From: Planctomycetia bacterium
GTDB taxonomy: Bacteria > Planctomycetota > PLA2 > JAEUHO01
NCBI GenBank assembly: GCA_043736435.1
Contig: JAYTCP010000536.1
Location: 1 to 32,798 of the forward strand
DNA: 32,798 nucleotides
Direction: 5' to 3'
Under the pieces are notes generated by a model. The model worked only from the letters and a program-made list of their open reading frames with translations. It was not told the DNA's origin and made no database searches. Shown here in pieces: positions 31,462-32,798 of the stretch. The translations under genes and the position numbers were made by a program. Position 1 is the stretch's first letter. The number at the start of each line of letters is the position of its first letter.

Positions 31462-31489
31462 ATAGTACTACATCTGTAGAAGAAGTCAA
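31462..31489 (-). promoter_or_regulatory. sigma70-like promoter (TTGACT - 16 nt - TACTAT) of the blaI-like operon
   Basis: The minus-sense sequence reads TTGACT TCTTCTACAGATGTAG TACTAT CCCGCGC ATG. Only 7 nt separate the -10 element from the ATG, so a leaderless or near-leaderless mRNA is expected. Confidence 0.55.
31468..31479. promoter_or_regulatory. CTACA-N2-TGTAG dyad (BlaI-type TACA/TGTA operator) in the promoter spacer
   Basis: The inverted repeat CTACAtcTGTAG (plus strand) fills the spacer between the -35 and -10 elements. BlaI/MecI operators are built on TACA/TGTA dyads. Confidence 0.55.
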
Positions 31490-31585
31490 GCCCCACGTCC
31501 GAAGGGCAGCGCCCGGGGGCGGCACGACCGAGTCGCTGGCCGCCCGTTCCGCGCGTCGCGCCGCGGATCGAGGTGCGTCCCGACG

Positions 31586-32542
31586 TCAGCCGCGATGCCG
31601 ATGCTCCTCGCACACCCCGTCGATCACGTGGCGCGCCTGCCCTGACCTCCGTGGATCACGATCCGCGTGCTCCGCGAGCGTGATCAGCGCCTTCCACAGT
31701 GCCCAGCCGCGCCCCCGCGCCCAGCTGCCGGGATCGGCCGGCAGGGCGGCGCGGAAGGCCTCGCGACTCTCTCCGGAGAAGAGCGTCCACGCGATCGCCA
31801 GGTCGCAGGAGGGATCGCCCACGCCGCAGCCCCCGAAGTCGATGACCGCGCTCAGGACTCCCTCCGTCACCAGCAGGTTCGACTCGGCGACGTCGCCATG
31901 GAGCCAGACGGAGGCCCCCCGCCAGGTCGCGTCGAGCGCCGCCTCCCACGTCTCCGTCGCGGCGGCCGTGTCGATCCGGCCTCGGAGCAGGGCGATGGCG
32001 GCGCGCGTCTCGGCGTCGTACGTGCTCAAGGGCCCACCTCGGAAGAAGTTGTGCTCGCCGGGAGTCGGACCCCCGGTGGGGTCGATCCGTTGGAGCGCCG
32101 CGAGGAATCGCGCCAAGTCGCCCGCGAGGCGAGACGTATCGCCGATGCGCTCGGGCGTCGCGGTCTCCCCCTCGAGCCACCGGTACACGGACCAGGGCCA
32201 CGGGTAGCCGTCGTCGGGGTTGCCCCGGGCCAACGGGACGGGGATGGGGAGCGGCACGTGGGCCGCGAGCCTCGGCAGCCACGCCTGCTCCTTGGCCACC
32301 TGCTCGACGTAGCACGCCCGGCTTGGCAGCCGCACCAGCATGTCGCTCCCCAGGCGGAACGTCCGGTTGTCCCATCCGCCGGGCTCGACGGGTCGGATCG
32401 GATGGCGGGACCACGCCGGGAACTGCGTGGCGATCAGCCGAGCGACGAGGCTCGCATCGATGGTCGGACCGCCCGCGGGCTCGTCCGCGGAGGACGTCCG
32501 AACGGTGGGGGCGTGGACCGGATCGAAGGGCTGCAGCGTCAT
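31586..32542 (-). CDS. aminoglycoside phosphotransferase (APH) family kinase
   Basis: 318-aa ORF with 'GGWDNRTFRLG', the catalytic loop 'WLHGDVAESNLLV' (HGDxxxxN) and 'VIDFGGCGVGDPSCDLA' (DFG-like). GGGGAGG lies 11 nt upstream of ATG 32542. Confidence 0.9.
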   Translation of the reverse strand: MTLQPFDPVHAPTVRTSSADEPAGGPTIDASLVARLIATQFPAWSRHPIRPVEPGGWDNRTFRLGSDMLVRLPSRACYVEQVAKEQAWLPRLAAHVPLPIPVPLARGNPDDGYPWPWSVYRWLEGETATPERIGDTSRLAGDLARFLAALQRIDPTGGPTPGEHNFFRGGPLSTYDAETRAAIALLRGRIDTAAATETWEAALDATWRGASVWLHGDVAESNLLVTEGVLSAVIDFGGCGVGDPSCDLAIAWTLFSGESREAFRAALPADPGSWARGRGWALWKALITLAEHADRDPRRSGQARHVIDGVCEEHRHRG

Positions 32543-32647
32543 CTCGAGCCGAACCTCCCCTGCGCCTCCCCGTGGGCCGGGGCGGAGCCTACCGATCGGG
32601 TGGGAGCCAAGGGAAGCCCATTCTGTCCGCTCGAGCCATAACCCGCA

Positions 32648-32674
32648 CCATCCCGTCCTGGGACGCAGGGATGG
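32648..32674 (-). terminator. hairpin CCATCCC...GGGATGG (possible terminator of a gene entering from the right edge)
   Basis: A 7-bp stem, extendable to 9 bp with one G-U pair only in the minus-sense RNA. It lies 19 nt downstream of a minus-strand TAG at 32693-32695. Confidence 0.3.
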
Positions 32675-32692
32675 CGTTCGCCGGATGCGAGC

Positions 32693-32798
32693 CTAGCCTG
32701 ACTTGTTCGTGAAGAACGAGGCCGCGTAGCGCCCCGACCGCACGGCAGGCCCCGGTTGGGGCCGATGCATGCGGCCCGGGCGCGAAGCGAGCACGACC
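32693..32798 (-). CDS. possible 3' end of a minus-strand gene truncated by the window edge
   Basis: An open minus frame from the window edge to TAG 32693, translating ...VVLASRPGRMHRPQPGPAVRSGRYAASFFTNKSG*. Third-position GC is high by hand count and a hairpin follows. It is too short to identify. Confidence 0.25.
   Translation of the reverse strand, partial: VVLASRPGRMHRPQPGPAVRSGRYAASFFTNKSG

Noticed and set aside
1-32798. CRISPR arrays, tRNA/rRNA genes, IS elements, integrases, prophage genes, toxin-antitoxin pairs, reverse transcriptases
   Set aside because: There are no spaced direct-repeat arrays and no tRNA-like T-arm or acceptor patterns in the intergenic gaps. No ORF carries transposase, integrase, RT or phage structural motifs. 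The scan was visual only.

Overview
Very GC-rich bacterial chromosomal window (over 70% GC by eye, not computed). I support about 26 protein genes. I found no rRNA, tRNA, CRISPR array, transposase or integrase. The gene content fits a Myxococcota-like organism (inference): a Ser/Thr kinase fused to an AAA/STAND ATPase and TPR repeats, a giant CarboxypepD_reg-like repeat protein, a secreted prenyltransferase-like toroid, BlaI/M56, and Ku/LigD. Confident calls: DUF2461; a translationally coupled DUF6496-ku-ligD NHEJ operon (3157..6953, minus strand); GNAT; cupin; DUF1579; DinB; the 1235-aa kinase; a BlaI-family repressor with an M56 signal transducer; and an APH-family kinase. From 22975 down to 9515, ten genes run on the minus strand. 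Nine of them carry a signal peptide or TM anchor, and none belongs to a recognised pathway. This is my best candidate for an undescribed cell-envelope system. The most distinctive DNA signal is the motif ATTCTCGAC. In my manual two-strand scan it occurs only at three intergenic loci: a perfect 18-bp palindrome (28906..28923), and two exact 13-nt copies, ATTCTCGACCTGG. One 13-nt copy is fused to the Shine-Dalgarno of the NHEJ operon (6963..6975). The other sits in inverted orientation inside the envelope cluster (16871..16883). The BlaI-like gene has a sigma70-like promoter with a TACA-N2-TGTA dyad in its spacer, and its geometry predicts a leaderless mRNA. Long Arg/Pro/Gly-rich antisense or out-of-frame ORFs in the track are GC-bias artefacts and were rejected. 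All family assignments come from motif recognition by eye, and no database search was run.
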